DNA of 64,000 bases from Vulcanimicrobiota bacterium (GTDB lineage: Bacteria > Vulcanimicrobiota > Xenobia > Xenobiales > JADMJV01), in the NCBI GenBank assembly GCA_050250895.1, contig JBFWNU010000004.1, forward strand, positions 590,934 through 654,933, in the 5' to 3' direction. Shown here piece by piece: positions 46,823-55,681 of this stretch; position 1 is the stretch's first letter, and each line of letters starts with the position of its first letter. The notes beneath the pieces are model-generated. The model did no database searches, was not told the DNA's origin, and was given only the letters and a program-made list of their open reading frames with translations. A program made the translations under genes and the position numbers.

Positions 46823-49032
46823 TCGGCCAACGGGTTGCCCGCAAAGAAGATCCCAGGCTGCTCCAGGGGCAGGGCCAGTTTGTGGACGATCTCCGCCTGC
46901 CCGGCACCCTGCACGCGGTGTTTCTGCGAAGCCCGGTGGCCCATGCGCGCCTTGCCCGCCTCGACACCAGCAAAGCCTTTGGCAGTCCCGGGGTGGCGGT
47001 GGTGCTGACCGGGGCCGACCTGCCTCCCTATCCGCTGCCGGTGGCCCCGGCCGTCGAGGGAATGGTCATTCCCGAACAGCCGATGATGGCCGTCGACCAG
47101 GTGCACTACGTGGGCGAGCGCATCGCTGTCGTGGTGGCCGGCAGCCGGGCCCAGGCTCTGGACGCCTGCACCGCCATCGAGGTCGAGTTCGAAGAGTTGC
47201 CGGTGGTCACCGACCCCCTCAAGGCCCTGGACAAAGATAGTCCGCCCGTCCACCAGGGGTTAAAATCGAATTTGTCTTACGTGTGGGCCTGCCCAGGCGG
47301 CCCGCCGCCCGAAGGAGAGTGGCTGGTCGAACAGGTGCGCCTGGAAGTGCCACGGGTGGCTCCCATGCCTCTCGAAGGTCGGGCGGTGCTGGCCAGCTTC
47401 GAGCCCGGCCGGCAAGAGCTGACCGTCTGGTGCAGCCACCAACGACCCCATCTGCTGCGCGACATTCTGGCTCGCCAGACCCAGTTGTCGGACCGCCAGG
47501 TGCGCGTCATCGCGCCGGATGTGGGTGGCGCCTTCGGGTGCAAGGTCAACGTCTATGGCGAAGAGGCCATCGTGGCCAACCTGGCTCGCCAACTGGGCAA
47601 GCCGGTCAAGTGGGTCGAAGGTCGGCGCGAGCACTTCGTCTCGACCAGCCACGGGCGGGGCCAGGTGGCCGACCTCGAGGCTCGCTTTGACCAGCAAGGC
47701 AAAGTGGCCTCGCTGGTCGTCCGCATCGTGGTCGATCTGGGGGCCTTTCACCAATTTCTCTCGGCGGCCATCCCGCCCCTGACCGGCATGATGATGTCGG
47801 GGCCTTACCAGATCGGCCATCTCGACATCGAGGTCAAAGGGGTCTTCACTCACAAGACTCCCACCGACGCCTATCGTGGAGCCGGCAAGCCCGAAGCCAC
47901 CTACTATCTCGAACGCCTGATGGACCGCATCGCCCGCCGGCTTGACCTTGACCCGGCCGAGGTCAGGCGACGCAACTTCATCACCAACTTCCCCTACCCC
48001 GCTCCCACACGCCTTTTCTACGACTCGGGCAACTACGCCCAGTGCCTCGACAAAGCCCTCGAGATGGTAGGCTATCAAGACTTTCGCCGGCGCCAGCGAG
48101 AGGCCCGCCAGAGCGGCAAGCTACTGGGGTTGGGCTTGTCGAGCTATGTCGAAGTGGCCGGGGTGGGTCCTTCGTTTATCATTCCGGGTGGCGGTTGGGA
48201 GTCGGCCACGGTTCGCCTGGAACGAGGCGGCGGCGTCACCGTGCTGACCGGCATCTCACCTCACGGGCAGGGCCAACAAACGACCTTTGCTCAATTGGTG
48301 CGCGAACATCTGCCGGTGCCCATGGATCAGATCACGGTGCGCCACGGAGACACCGGGCAAATCCCGGCCGGAATCGGGACCTTCGGCTCGCGCGGCACCA
48401 CCCTGGGCGGTACCGCCGTGGTCATGGCCCTCGAGAAGCTCAAAGCCAAGATCGAGGCCATCTCGCAAGCCCTGGGAGGGGCCGAACTGGCCCAGGTGAT
48501 CGAGGCGGCCTATCACGCCCGCGGCTTACCCGAGGGGATGGAGCCAGGCCTCGAGGCCACCGCCTACTATGACCCCGCCAACTTCGTGTTTCCCTTCGGC
48601 ACCCACGTGGCCGTGGTCGAAGTCGAGGCCGCCACCGGCGACTGGCGCGTCGTGCGCTATATCGCCGTCGACGACTGTGGCCGGATCATCAATCCCATGC
48701 TGGTGGAAGGACAGGTTCACGGCGGGGTGGCCCAGGGCATCGGCCAGGTGCTTTGCGAAGGCCCCGCCTATGGGGCCGACGGACGGCTGCGAAACGGCCA
48801 CCTGGGGGCCTATGGTGTGGTTCGGGCAGCGGATTTACCCACCATCGAGACGGCTCACTTCGAGACCTTGAGCCCGGTCAATCCCCTGGGGGTGAAGGGC
48901 GTCGGCGAGGCCGGAGCGGTGGCCAGCCCGCCGGCCGTGGTCAACGCTCTCAGCGACGCGCTGGCCCACTTCGACCCGCCGGAATGGATCATGCCGATTC
49001 GGCCCGAGCAGGTGTGGAAGGCGATGCAATGA
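46819..49032 (+). CDS. coxL: Molybdenum hydroxylase large subunit (form II CODH-like)
   Basis: DVGGAFGCK, AYRGAGKPE, HGQG, GTFGSR, GQVHGG, KGVGE. Confidence 0.88.
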   Translation: MIGQRVARKEDPRLLQGQGQFVDDLRLPGTLHAVFLRSPVAHARLARLDTSKAFGSPGVAVVLTGADLPPYPLPVAPAVEGMVIPEQPMMAVDQVHYVGERIAVVVAGSRAQALDACTAIEVEFEELPVVTDPLKALDKDSPPVHQGLKSNLSYVWACPGGPPPEGEWLVEQVRLEVPRVAPMPLEGRAVLASFEPGRQELTVWCSHQRPHLLRDILARQTQLSDRQVRVIAPDVGGAFGCKVNVYGEEAIVANLARQLGKPVKWVEGRREHFVSTSHGRGQVADLEARFDQQGKVASLVVRIVVDLGAFHQFLSAAIPPLTGMMMSGPYQIGHLDIEVKGVFTHKTPTDAYRGAGKPEATYYLERLMDRIARRLDLDPAEVRRRNFITNFPYPAPTRLFYDSGNYAQCLDKALEMVGYQDFRRRQREARQSGKLLGLGLSSYVEVAGVGPSFIIPGGGWESATVRLERGGGVTVLTGISPHGQGQQTTFAQLVREHLPVPMDQITVRHGDTGQIPAGIGTFGSRGTTLGGTAVVMALEKLKAKIEAISQALGGAELAQVIEAAYHARGLPEGMEPGLEATAYYDPANFVFPFGTHVAVVEVEAATGDWRVVRYIAVDDCGRIINPMLVEGQVHGGVAQGIGQVLCEGPAYGADGRLRNGHLGAYGVVRAADLPTIETAHFETLSPVNPLGVKGVGEAGAVASPPAVVNALSDALAHFDPPEWIMPIRPEQVWKAMQ

Positions 49033-49739
49033 GGCCGGTCGAGTATGTGCGCCCCGAGACGCTGGAACAGGCCCTGAGCGCCGGCGGCACCTGGCTGGCT
49101 GGCGGCCAGAGCCTGTTGCCCGCATTGTGGGCAGGCGGCCGGGCCGAGAAATTGGTCGACCTGGGCGGCCTGGAGGAACTCAAGCGACTGGAGGTTACCG
49201 AGCGCGGGCTTTGGGTCGGGGCCATGGTCACCCACGCTCGGCTGGCGGCCCACGGCGGCCTGCTGGGCGGCGTGGCCGCGCAACTCGCCGATCTGCAGGT
49301 GCGCAATCGAGGGACCATGGGTGGCGTGCTGGGGCAGGCCGACCCGCGAGCCGATTATCCGGCCGTGCTACTGGCCTGCCAGGCGCAGGTCGTCGTAAGG
49401 GGCCGCGAAGTAGCCCTGGAAGAGTTTTTGGAATCCCCGGGCGGCTTGATCGAGGCGGTCATCGTGCCCGAATGCCAGGGACGCTACCTGCGCCGGTCGG
49501 ACCGAGCTGCCGGCTGGCCGGTGGCCGGGGTCTGCCTGATCGACGGCCGCCTCGGCGTGACGGCGGTGGCAGCCCGGCCGTATCGGGCCCGGGCCAGCGA
49601 GGCGGCCCTGGCGGCGGGGGATGTCGAGGGGGCCATAGCCGCCCTCACCGAGGGGGTCGAGGTGCGCAGTGATCTCGAGGCCGGAGCCGAGTATCGCAGC
49701 CATCTGGCCCGCTGCCTGTTGAGAGAATTGCTGGCGTGA
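49029..49739 (+). CDS. coxM: Molybdenum hydroxylase FAD subunit
   Basis: LAGGQSL, QVRNRGTMGG, ADP.ADYP. Confidence 0.88.
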   Translation: MRPVEYVRPETLEQALSAGGTWLAGGQSLLPALWAGGRAEKLVDLGGLEELKRLEVTERGLWVGAMVTHARLAAHGGLLGGVAAQLADLQVRNRGTMGGVLGQADPRADYPAVLLACQAQVVVRGREVALEEFLESPGGLIEAVIVPECQGRYLRRSDRAAGWPVAGVCLIDGRLGVTAVAARPYRARASEAALAAGDVEGAIAALTEGVEVRSDLEAGAEYRSHLARCLLRELLA

Positions 49740-50683
49740 AGCGAATCTGGCTGGTGTTCTTGTTGCTCACCGGGCTGGGCTGGGCCAAGCCCATTCCCGA
49801 TCGTCCGCCCGATCAAGACTTGTGGGACGGCATGCAGGTGCTCGACGATGACGAGCGGGCCAAGGTCGTCGACATGGCCCGGCTTTGCCGGTCGGAGTAT
49901 GGGGCTCCCCTGGCGGTGGTGACCATTCGAAAGATGGCCGACTATGACAAGACCTATCCCAGCATCGAGAGCTTTGCGGCCAGCTGGTTCAACCACTGGG
50001 CCCTGGGCACGGTCGAAGACAACTATGGCATCCTGTTGTTGGTCAGTGTCGAGGACCGCAAGGCTCGCATCGAGCTGGGGGCCGGCTGGGGCCAGACCTG
50101 GAATTCGGAATGCAACCATATCATGCAGTCGGTGATCGTGCCCCGCTTCAAGAGCGGCAGCTATGACGCCGGCATCGTGGATGGCTGCACGGCCTTGACC
50201 CAGATGGCCCAGGACCGCACCAATCCCTATTCGATGCAAGGTTTTGAAGCGACCCTGAAACGGCTTCGCTACTGGGTCGACGATTACGGAGACTACATCT
50301 CTGTCCTGTCGCTCTTCCCCGCCATCGTAGCGGTGGTCGGTCTGGTGGTGGGGATGCTGTTGCTGCTCACTTCGCTGGTGGTCCCTCCGCTGCGCGACCC
50401 ATTGGCCCTCGGGGGTGGGGCCATCATGGGCGTCTGCACCTTTACCATCATCAGCCTGGTGGTCCTGGTGATCTATGCTTTGATGCAGCTGCCCACCGGC
50501 TCGATTTCAGACTTTTCGAGTGGGAGTTGGGACTCTGGCAGTAGCTGGGATTCGAGCAGCAGCTGGGATTCTGGCAGTAGTTGGAGTTCGAGCAGCTTCT
50601 CGAGCGGCGGCGGGGGCGGAGGTTTCGACTTCGGCGGCGGGGGCGGATTTTCGGGTGGAGGGGGGGCCACCGGCAGTTGGTAG
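49736..50683 (+). CDS. TPM-domain (YgcG-like) protein with Gly/Ser tail
   Basis: Signal peptide; GILLLVS..DRKARIELG.G; GGGGFSGGGGATGSW. Confidence 0.88.
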   Translation: MKRIWLVFLLLTGLGWAKPIPDRPPDQDLWDGMQVLDDDERAKVVDMARLCRSEYGAPLAVVTIRKMADYDKTYPSIESFAASWFNHWALGTVEDNYGILLLVSVEDRKARIELGAGWGQTWNSECNHIMQSVIVPRFKSGSYDAGIVDGCTALTQMAQDRTNPYSMQGFEATLKRLRYWVDDYGDYISVLSLFPAIVAVVGLVVGMLLLLTSLVVPPLRDPLALGGGAIMGVCTFTIISLVVLVIYALMQLPTGSISDFSSGSWDSGSSWDSSSSWDSGSSWSSSSFSSGGGGGGFDFGGGGGFSGGGGATGSW

Positions 50684-51363
50684 ACGCGCGCAAATGGCTC
50701 GAGCCTGATCAGGCCAAGCAGGTCGCGGCCGCCATCACCGAGGCCGAGCGACGAACGCAGGCCGAATTTCTCTGGGTCGTGGCCAGCCAATCGGGACGCT
50801 ACGACCGGGCCGAATCGATCGTGGGACTTGCCTTCGGGGTGGCCGGCCTCTTGCTCAGTCAGAGCCTCGGCGCCCTGGTGCTAGCGCCGGGCCCGGGATC
50901 CTGGGTCACCCCCGGGATGGTCGGCAACGGTTGGCTGCTGGTCGGCCTGGTGTTGGGTTTCGTGGTCGGCAATACCGTGGCCACCCTTTGGCCGAGCTTG
51001 GCCCGACCGTTCGTGCCCCGGCGCGAGTTCGAGCAAGAGGTCGAGCGCTCGGCCGCCTATGTCTTTTCCCTGCACAAGGTCAGCCATACCGCGCGCGGTG
51101 TGGGTGTCTTGCTGTATCTGTCACTGCTCGAGCGGCGGGTGGTCGTGCTGGCCGATCGCGCCGCCTTCGAGGTCCTGGGACAGACGGGGGTGGATGGCTT
51201 GCGGGATCTGGCCATCGAAAAACTCAAGGGCGGTCAGAGAGTCGAAGCCCTGACCGCCACCGTGGCCCAAGCCGCCGACACACTGGCCGAGCGCTTTCCC
51301 TGCCCTGACGACGACGTCGACGAGCTACCCAACCACCTGGTGGTCATTCACCCCCGGCCTTAG
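50677..51363 (+). CDS. TPM-domain membrane partner (DUF477-like)
   Basis: AITEAE..T.AE, GVLLYLS..ERRVVVLAD, DELPN. TTG start overlaps the previous gene. Confidence 0.82.
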   Translation: MVDARKWLEPDQAKQVAAAITEAERRTQAEFLWVVASQSGRYDRAESIVGLAFGVAGLLLSQSLGALVLAPGPGSWVTPGMVGNGWLLVGLVLGFVVGNTVATLWPSLARPFVPRREFEQEVERSAAYVFSLHKVSHTARGVGVLLYLSLLERRVVVLADRAAFEVLGQTGVDGLRDLAIEKLKGGQRVEALTATVAQAADTLAERFPCPDDDVDELPNHLVVIHPRP

Positions 51364-51733
51364 CCACCCGCAGCGGGGGCATGGGCACGCCCAGCGCGTC
51401 GGCCACGGCCTCGAGTTCGGCTTCTTCCACCTCGACCACGACATTGTCGGCGCTGGCGATGGCGGCTAGATAGTCCATGATGGTGTCTTTGCTCTCGGCA
51501 TCGAGCTCGTCGTGCAGGGACGAGGCCAGTTCGTAAGCCGAGGGCAGGTCGTCGAGGTCGGCCAGGACCTTCTCGAAGGTCTCGGCCGAAAAGCCCGGCA
51601 GCATTCGATGGCCCATGCGAACGGCCACTTCTTTCTCCTCTGCTTCGATGACTCCATCGGAAGCGATCAGGGATACGGCCAGGGCAGCGGCGATGTAAGG
51701 AACGTCGGCTCCGGTATCATCGTTGACAAACAC
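51344..51733 (-). CDS. TerB-like protein
   Basis: IASDGVIEAEE and IASADNVV.EVE...L..VA.ALG. AGGAGG before GTG 51733. Confidence 0.8.
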   Translation of the reverse strand: MFVNDDTGADVPYIAAALAVSLIASDGVIEAEEKEVAVRMGHRMLPGFSAETFEKVLADLDDLPSAYELASSLHDELDAESKDTIMDYLAAIASADNVVVEVEEAELEAVADALGVPMPPLRVAKAGGE

Positions 51734-51859
51734 GGTCTTCAACCTCCTGAATTTCTTGTCCGCCCAGCTTTCTCGGGCGCGCCGATGTCCCTGCCAATCG
51801 GCCGAAAAGAGCAGGATTTCACGGGCCCGTCTGGCAGTGAAGAGAAGAGGAGGTTCATT

Positions 51860-52732
51860 ATGTTTCGAGCTTGGATCGTGGTCCTGCTGTTGGTCTCGCC
51901 AGCCTGGGCCCTCGAGATCTACGTCAACAACCGGCCCTATCAGGGCCCCACCCAGGGAGCGGCCGACGCGATTCAACTGGAAGCTGCTCGTCTGTTCGAG
52001 TTGCTCGGGGGTGACTATCAGGTCAAAAACGACCGCATCCTCTTCGGGGGCGAGACCCTGACCCTCTATACCAGCCAGGGCCAACCGATGGTTTCGGCCC
52101 GCGAACTGGTCGACAAGATCGGAGGCCGCTACAACTACAACACCGAGTTGGGAGTGCTCGACATCTATGCTTTCGACCCCGCCGAGGCAGCCCGAAAGTC
52201 GCTACAACGGGTCATGTCGCTTCGGACCATCGAAAACGAGACCGATCTGGCCATCCTCTCCCGGCTGACCCGCCAGACGCTCGAGCAAAAGCTCGGACTG
52301 GATCTGGCCGACCGGGTCAACAGCATTCACCTGGCCACGGCTGATGAGATTCGCCAGGCCGGTGGGCCGGCCCGGGCGGCTTGCTATCTCAACCTGCAAG
52401 CTCAAATCGGAGGCGGCGGCAGCTATGAGATCCTGGTCCTCAAAGGGATGGCTCCCGACGACACCATCCGGGCCTTGAGTTGGGCCTGGGGAGTGGGGTG
52501 GGCTCGCGGCCGGGGGGCCGATCGCAACGACGACCTGCTGCGAGGCTTCGGAGAGTGGACGGCCTATCGAGTCTTGCGCGCCCTCACCGAGGTGCGCTCG
52601 TCCGAGACCGTCTTTCGGCGCTACGAACAGGTCGACCCGCGGGCCATCGCGGCCGCTCGTAGACTGGTCGAGGTCGAGTCGTTGGACGGGCCTCCGGCGG
52701 TATTGGAGTACATGCTCTCGCACGGTCGCTGA
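51860..52732 (+). CDS. Hypothetical exported protein
   Basis: AGGAGG SD; signal peptide MFRAWIVVLLLVSPAWA. Confidence 0.7.
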   Translation: MFRAWIVVLLLVSPAWALEIYVNNRPYQGPTQGAADAIQLEAARLFELLGGDYQVKNDRILFGGETLTLYTSQGQPMVSARELVDKIGGRYNYNTELGVLDIYAFDPAEAARKSLQRVMSLRTIENETDLAILSRLTRQTLEQKLGLDLADRVNSIHLATADEIRQAGGPARAACYLNLQAQIGGGGSYEILVLKGMAPDDTIRALSWAWGVGWARGRGADRNDDLLRGFGEWTAYRVLRALTEVRSSETVFRRYEQVDPRAIAAARRLVEVESLDGPPAVLEYMLSHGR

Positions 52733-52819
52733 GCTTTTTCGGGGATATTTTAGGACGATGGCTTAGGTTGGAAGCAGGGTCCGGTCTCCACGCCAAAGAC
52801 TGCTCTTTTGGAGATAAGT

Positions 52820-53269
52820 ATGAAAGCGCAATGGAAACCCGTGGCCGGTCAGAACGAGACCGGCATCACCCGTTATCAGGCCGGCCGGGCCAAAGCCACC
52901 ATCCACCGCGAAGAGAACCATCTCTGCGCCGAGGCCACGGACGGCTGGCTGGGCCTGGGACGCAAAGTCGGCATCGCGTTTCGCGAGCACGACCTGTCCG
53001 ACGAGGTCGTGCTCGGTCGCATCGAAGACGCCCTGCACCCTCCTCGCTTCGGCGACTGGCAGCCGGTCGACGATCAGAAAGCCCTGGGTGTGACCCACTA
53101 TCGTGGCCGCGAGACCGAAGGCTTGATCCGCTCGAAGGTCGATGCCTACATCACCCGGGTCGGGGACGAGGCTCGGGTGATAGCTCAGGTGGGTCGTTTC
53201 GGCGAAGAGATTCAAGGCAACTTCTCCGCTCCGGTGCCCAGCGACCAGGAGATCCTCAGAGACCTCTAA
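52820..53269 (+). CDS. Hypothetical protein with internal duplication
   Basis: WKPVAGQNETGITRY vs WQPVDDQKALGVTHY. GGAG SD. Confidence 0.65.
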   Translation: MKAQWKPVAGQNETGITRYQAGRAKATIHREENHLCAEATDGWLGLGRKVGIAFREHDLSDEVVLGRIEDALHPPRFGDWQPVDDQKALGVTHYRGRETEGLIRSKVDAYITRVGDEARVIAQVGRFGEEIQGNFSAPVPSDQEILRDL

Positions 53270-54054
53270 GGAACCGTGTAGGTTACTCCCTGCTCGAGCT
53301 GCACTCGACCCTGGGCGGTCTGGAACTTCACGGCCAGGCTCTGGCGATGGCGCGCGTCGGCGGTGGGTCGGTAGACCTCGAAGTGCAGATGGGGCGCCGT
53401 GGCATAGCCGGTGGCCCCCGACAGACCGAGCAGTTGGCCGGTCTCGACCCGCTGGCCGACTTTCACCCGAGCCCCGCCCGGGCTCAGGTGCACATAGTCA
53501 GCCAGGCTGCCGTCGTCATGCACCACCGCGATGAGGTTGGCCTGGCTTTTGAGGCCGGGGTCGTTGCCCCCTTCGGTAAAGTGGTCGATGACGGCCACCA
53601 CCAGTCCCCCCCGGGCGGCCAGCACCGGAGTCTGCGGTGGGCACTCGAAGTCGAGAGCATAGGTGTCCTGGTGCGTGAACGTGCCCAGGTAGCCCTGAAT
53701 CACCAACACGGATTCGCCCCGGGCAAAGGGAATGCGATAGGTGACGGCATCGCTGGGCTTGACCCGATAATCCCCCAGCTGCCACCAGTGCTTATAGTTG
53801 TAGCGTCCGGGCTGGTCACCTCGCCAACGCAGCGTGGTCACCCGAAGGGTGTGGCCGGCCGGCACCACCACTGTGCGGGGTAGAGGGGGAATGGCCTTGA
53901 GGTGCTCGAGTTGGGCCTCGACCCAGACGGTGGTCGGGACCCTCTCTTCGTTGATGGCCACGAAGACGACGTCGTTTCCCTGGCGCACCGCCTCGACTCG
54001 GACCCCGTCGGCCCAGGCCGAAGTCATCACTAGGAGCAGCAGAAGCCATCGCAC
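53266..54054 (-). CDS. M23 metallopeptidase, exported
   Basis: H...YALDF, YVHL, SGATG.ATAPHLHFEV. Signal peptide from GTG 54054. Confidence 0.88.
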   Translation of the reverse strand: MRWLLLLLVMTSAWADGVRVEAVRQGNDVVFVAINEERVPTTVWVEAQLEHLKAIPPLPRTVVVPAGHTLRVTTLRWRGDQPGRYNYKHWWQLGDYRVKPSDAVTYRIPFARGESVLVIQGYLGTFTHQDTYALDFECPPQTPVLAARGGLVVAVIDHFTEGGNDPGLKSQANLIAVVHDDGSLADYVHLSPGGARVKVGQRVETGQLLGLSGATGYATAPHLHFEVYRPTADARHRQSLAVKFQTAQGRVQLEQGVTYTVP

Positions 54055-54134
54055 CCGATGTTCTTCGCGCGGGGCTCGGGTCGACCTGTCGGCAGGGATC
54101 ACACACCGCCGACCCAGAACATGGCTACTCGGAA

Positions 54135-54443
54135 ATGTTGCGTCTACGCCATAGCTTGTGTGCCTTGCTGGTAGCTTTCGCCTTTGTCGGCTATAGCTTT
54201 GACGTGGAATGCCTGCTGGGCCATGGAGTCTGCCCCGATAGTTGCCAGACGCAGGTGTCCGATGCCTGCGCTCAGCCTGTCATCGCGGTGACCCCTCAAT
54301 CTGTCGCCCTGCCGTTCGCGCTGGTCGACTACGTCGGCCTGGCCACCAGCTGCCTCACCGGCCGGCTCCCGGGCCAACCCACGCCCAGCTTGTTGCGGCC
54401 CCCACTGATTTGTCAGATCAGTTCGCGCGGCCCCCCTGCCTGA
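54135..54443 (+). CDS. Cys-rich exported leader protein with C-terminal RGPP (DUF2946/CzcI-like)
   Basis: N-terminal hydrophobic signal; C..GH..C...C; Pro-rich linker; ends SRGPPA*. Confidence 0.7.
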   Translation: MLRLRHSLCALLVAFAFVGYSFDVECLLGHGVCPDSCQTQVSDACAQPVIAVTPQSVALPFALVDYVGLATSCLTGRLPGQPTPSLLRPPLICQISSRGPPA

Positions 54444-54484
54444 CGACCTGTAGACGGTAACAAAACTACCTCAGGAGGTGCGCT

Positions 54485-55681
54485 TTGGCATTTCGCCTTC
54501 TCCTGATGGTGTTGGTCCTTAACGCGCCCCCAGATCAGGCCCTCACCTTATCCGAGGCTCTGCGCCTGTGCCTGGCCACCCACCCGGCCGTTAGCGAGGC
54601 CCGGGCTCAGGTGGGGGGCCTTCAGGGCTATACCAACTCCATCGGTTCACAACCTAATCCAGTCTTGACTCTGTCGGGCACCGCTGGTGAGCCCGGTGAG
54701 GACGCCAATTCCCTGGTGCAAACCCTGGAAATCTCGGGACAGCCTCGCCTGCGCCGGCTGGCTTCTGCGCAGGAACTGGCCGCGGCCGAGTTCGGGCTAG
54801 AGGCTCTGCGTCGGCGCCTGGCCCTGGAGCTGGCCCGAGCCTATTTCACGCTTTGGGAGCAGAGCCAGACCGAGCAACTGGCGGCCACTCAGCTCGAGCT
54901 GGCTCGAGGGCTGGTGCGGGCTTCCCAACGACGCCTGGAAGAAGGCGCCATCTCGCGCAACCAGCATCTTCGCAGCCAATTGGCCGAAGCCGCCGCCAGC
55001 GCGCGATTGGCCGAACTCAAAGGTCAGGTCGACGCGGCCAGCGCCGATCTCAACCTGTTGCTCGGTCGTGCACCCCAGCAGCCGCTGCGGCTGGACACTC
55101 CCGGTCTTGCTCCGCTCGAGACCGGGCTCGACGACCTCGACGCTCGCCTGGCCGAGCAGCCCGAACTGGCGGCCGCTCACCAAACCCTGCTGGCTCGCCA
55201 AACCGACCTCGAGCTGGCCCAAAAGGGAAACGCACCCCGGCTGCAGCTGTCAGCCTATTCTTCGCGACTCTACGGCAATCCGACCCAGGGAGCCCAGTTG
55301 TCGCTGGTGATCCCGCTGTGGGACTGGGGCCAGCAACAGGCGGCCGAGCGCAGAGCGGCCGGACAAGCCGAGGCTCAGGCCGCCCAGGTCGACCGGGTGC
55401 GGCTAGAGTTGCGACGCCGGCTGGCCCAGAGTTACGCCCTGTACCAGAGTTCTCAAGCACGGGTGGCAGCGCTGGAAGAACAAGCATCCCACTACCGCGA
55501 GCTATCCGAGATGGCCCATCGGGGATACCAGGCCGGCCTGCTCGATCTCGTCGAGGTGCTCGAGACCGAGAAAGCCTACCGCAACAGCGCCGAACAAACC
55601 GTGCAGGCCCGCGCTCAAGCCGCCCTGAGCGGCCTCGAGCTACGCCTACTAAGCGGCGAAAAGCCCTGGGAGTCACCATGA
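54485..55681 (+). CDS. czcC: TolC-family outer-membrane efflux protein
   Basis: OEP repeats (PNP.L.L, IPLWD, Y.AG..DL.EVL). AGGAGG SD. Confidence 0.85.
   Translation: MAFRLLLMVLVLNAPPDQALTLSEALRLCLATHPAVSEARAQVGGLQGYTNSIGSQPNPVLTLSGTAGEPGEDANSLVQTLEISGQPRLRRLASAQELAAAEFGLEALRRRLALELARAYFTLWEQSQTEQLAATQLELARGLVRASQRRLEEGAISRNQHLRSQLAEAAASARLAELKGQVDAASADLNLLLGRAPQQPLRLDTPGLAPLETGLDDLDARLAEQPELAAAHQTLLARQTDLELAQKGNAPRLQLSAYSSRLYGNPTQGAQLSLVIPLWDWGQQQAAERRAAGQAEAQAAQVDRVRLELRRRLAQSYALYQSSQARVAALEEQASHYRELSEMAHRGYQAGLLDLVEVLETEKAYRNSAEQTVQARAQAALSGLELRLLSGEKPWESP

Noticed and set aside
46819-49032. True form I aerobic CO dehydrogenase
   Set aside because: Lacks AYxCSFR and the M-S-L gene order.
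50500-50683. SSWDS and Gly repeats
   Set aside because: Ordinary low-complexity tail of TPM/YgcG proteins.
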